Shown in pieces: positions 63,665-64,000 of a DNA stretch of 64,000 nucleotides (its first letter is position 1; each line of letters opens with the position of its first letter). This DNA comes from a virus: positions 2,282-66,281 of the IMG/VR virus record IMGVR_UViG_3300009093_000008, one strand, 5' to 3'. Both the position numbers and the translations under genes were made by a program. Under the pieces are notes generated by a model. It was not told the DNA's origin. It worked only from the letters and a program-made list of their open reading frames with translations, and made no database searches.

Positions 63665-63690
63665 GCTCGTTCTCCTTCAATCGCCGTGTT

Positions 63691-63999
63691 TCACTGCGGC
63701 AGGTTCATCTGCGCCCTGAACAAATACGTCTGATACGTGCTCCAGTCAGAGCCGTAGAAGTAGAGCGTGCTGCCCGTCGTACGCGGGTCGATCATCGGGG
63801 CGTACACAGTCCTGACGCTGTCCGGCAGGACCGTCACCGGCGCAGACCACGGCCCGGCCACGTGACTGGCGTAGCGGAGCACCGTATTGCCGCCAGGGTT
63901 CACGTCGTTGTTATACATCATGATCCACTTGCCGATGCTCGGCAGGTACTTAGCCGACATCTCACCAGCCGGACCAGCGGCGATCGGATGGGCGAACGC
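63691..63999 (-). CDS. DUF4185-like beta-propeller protein, C-terminal part (runs off the window edge)
   Basis: Frame open to the window end: GPAGEMS...GKWIMMY...LRYA....GPWS.P...YAPMI.P......LYF..S.W..Y. Confidence 0.7.
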   Translation of the reverse strand, partial: AFAHPIAAGPAGEMSAKYLPSIGKWIMMYNNDVNPGGNTVLRYASHVAGPWSAPVTVLPDSVRTVYAPMIDPRTTGSTLYFYGSDWSTYQTYLFRAQMNLPQ

Positions 64000-64000
64000 C

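Overview
A 64-kb, high-GC segment of a tailed (siphovirus-like) bacteriophage of an Actinomycetota host. The host call rests on two WhiB genes, a Pup homologue and DUF932/DUF1876/DUF4185-like genes. Neither genome end nor an integrase is visible. Most genes are on the minus strand. In order along the window: small accessory genes and an AAA ATPase (0.2-7 kb); the large terminase with an inverted terS-like gene (7.1-9.3 kb); a prokaryotic ubiquitin-like protein Pup gene (9338-9526); replication genes (9.8-13.4 kb); a plus-strand recombination/early island with Rad52-like SSAP, PD-(D/E)XK nuclease, a strong promoter, a structured RNA candidate, a tRNA-like element and DUF932 (13.4-18.6 kb); exonuclease and lysis cassette (18.6-21 kb); tail, tape measure, head-tail, capsid, protease and portal genes (21-49 kb); and an accessory arm with WhiB, a glycosyltransferase, a polysaccharide pyruvyl transferase, an MsrQ-like protein, a papain-like protease and a DUF4185 fragment (49-64 kb). 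The standout is a stand-alone phage-encoded Pup with an intact ...VQKGGQ conjugation tail and no Dop, PafA or proteasome genes in the window. This suggests viral hijacking or jamming of the host pupylation-proteasome system. All family assignments are from motif recognition by eye; no database searches were run.
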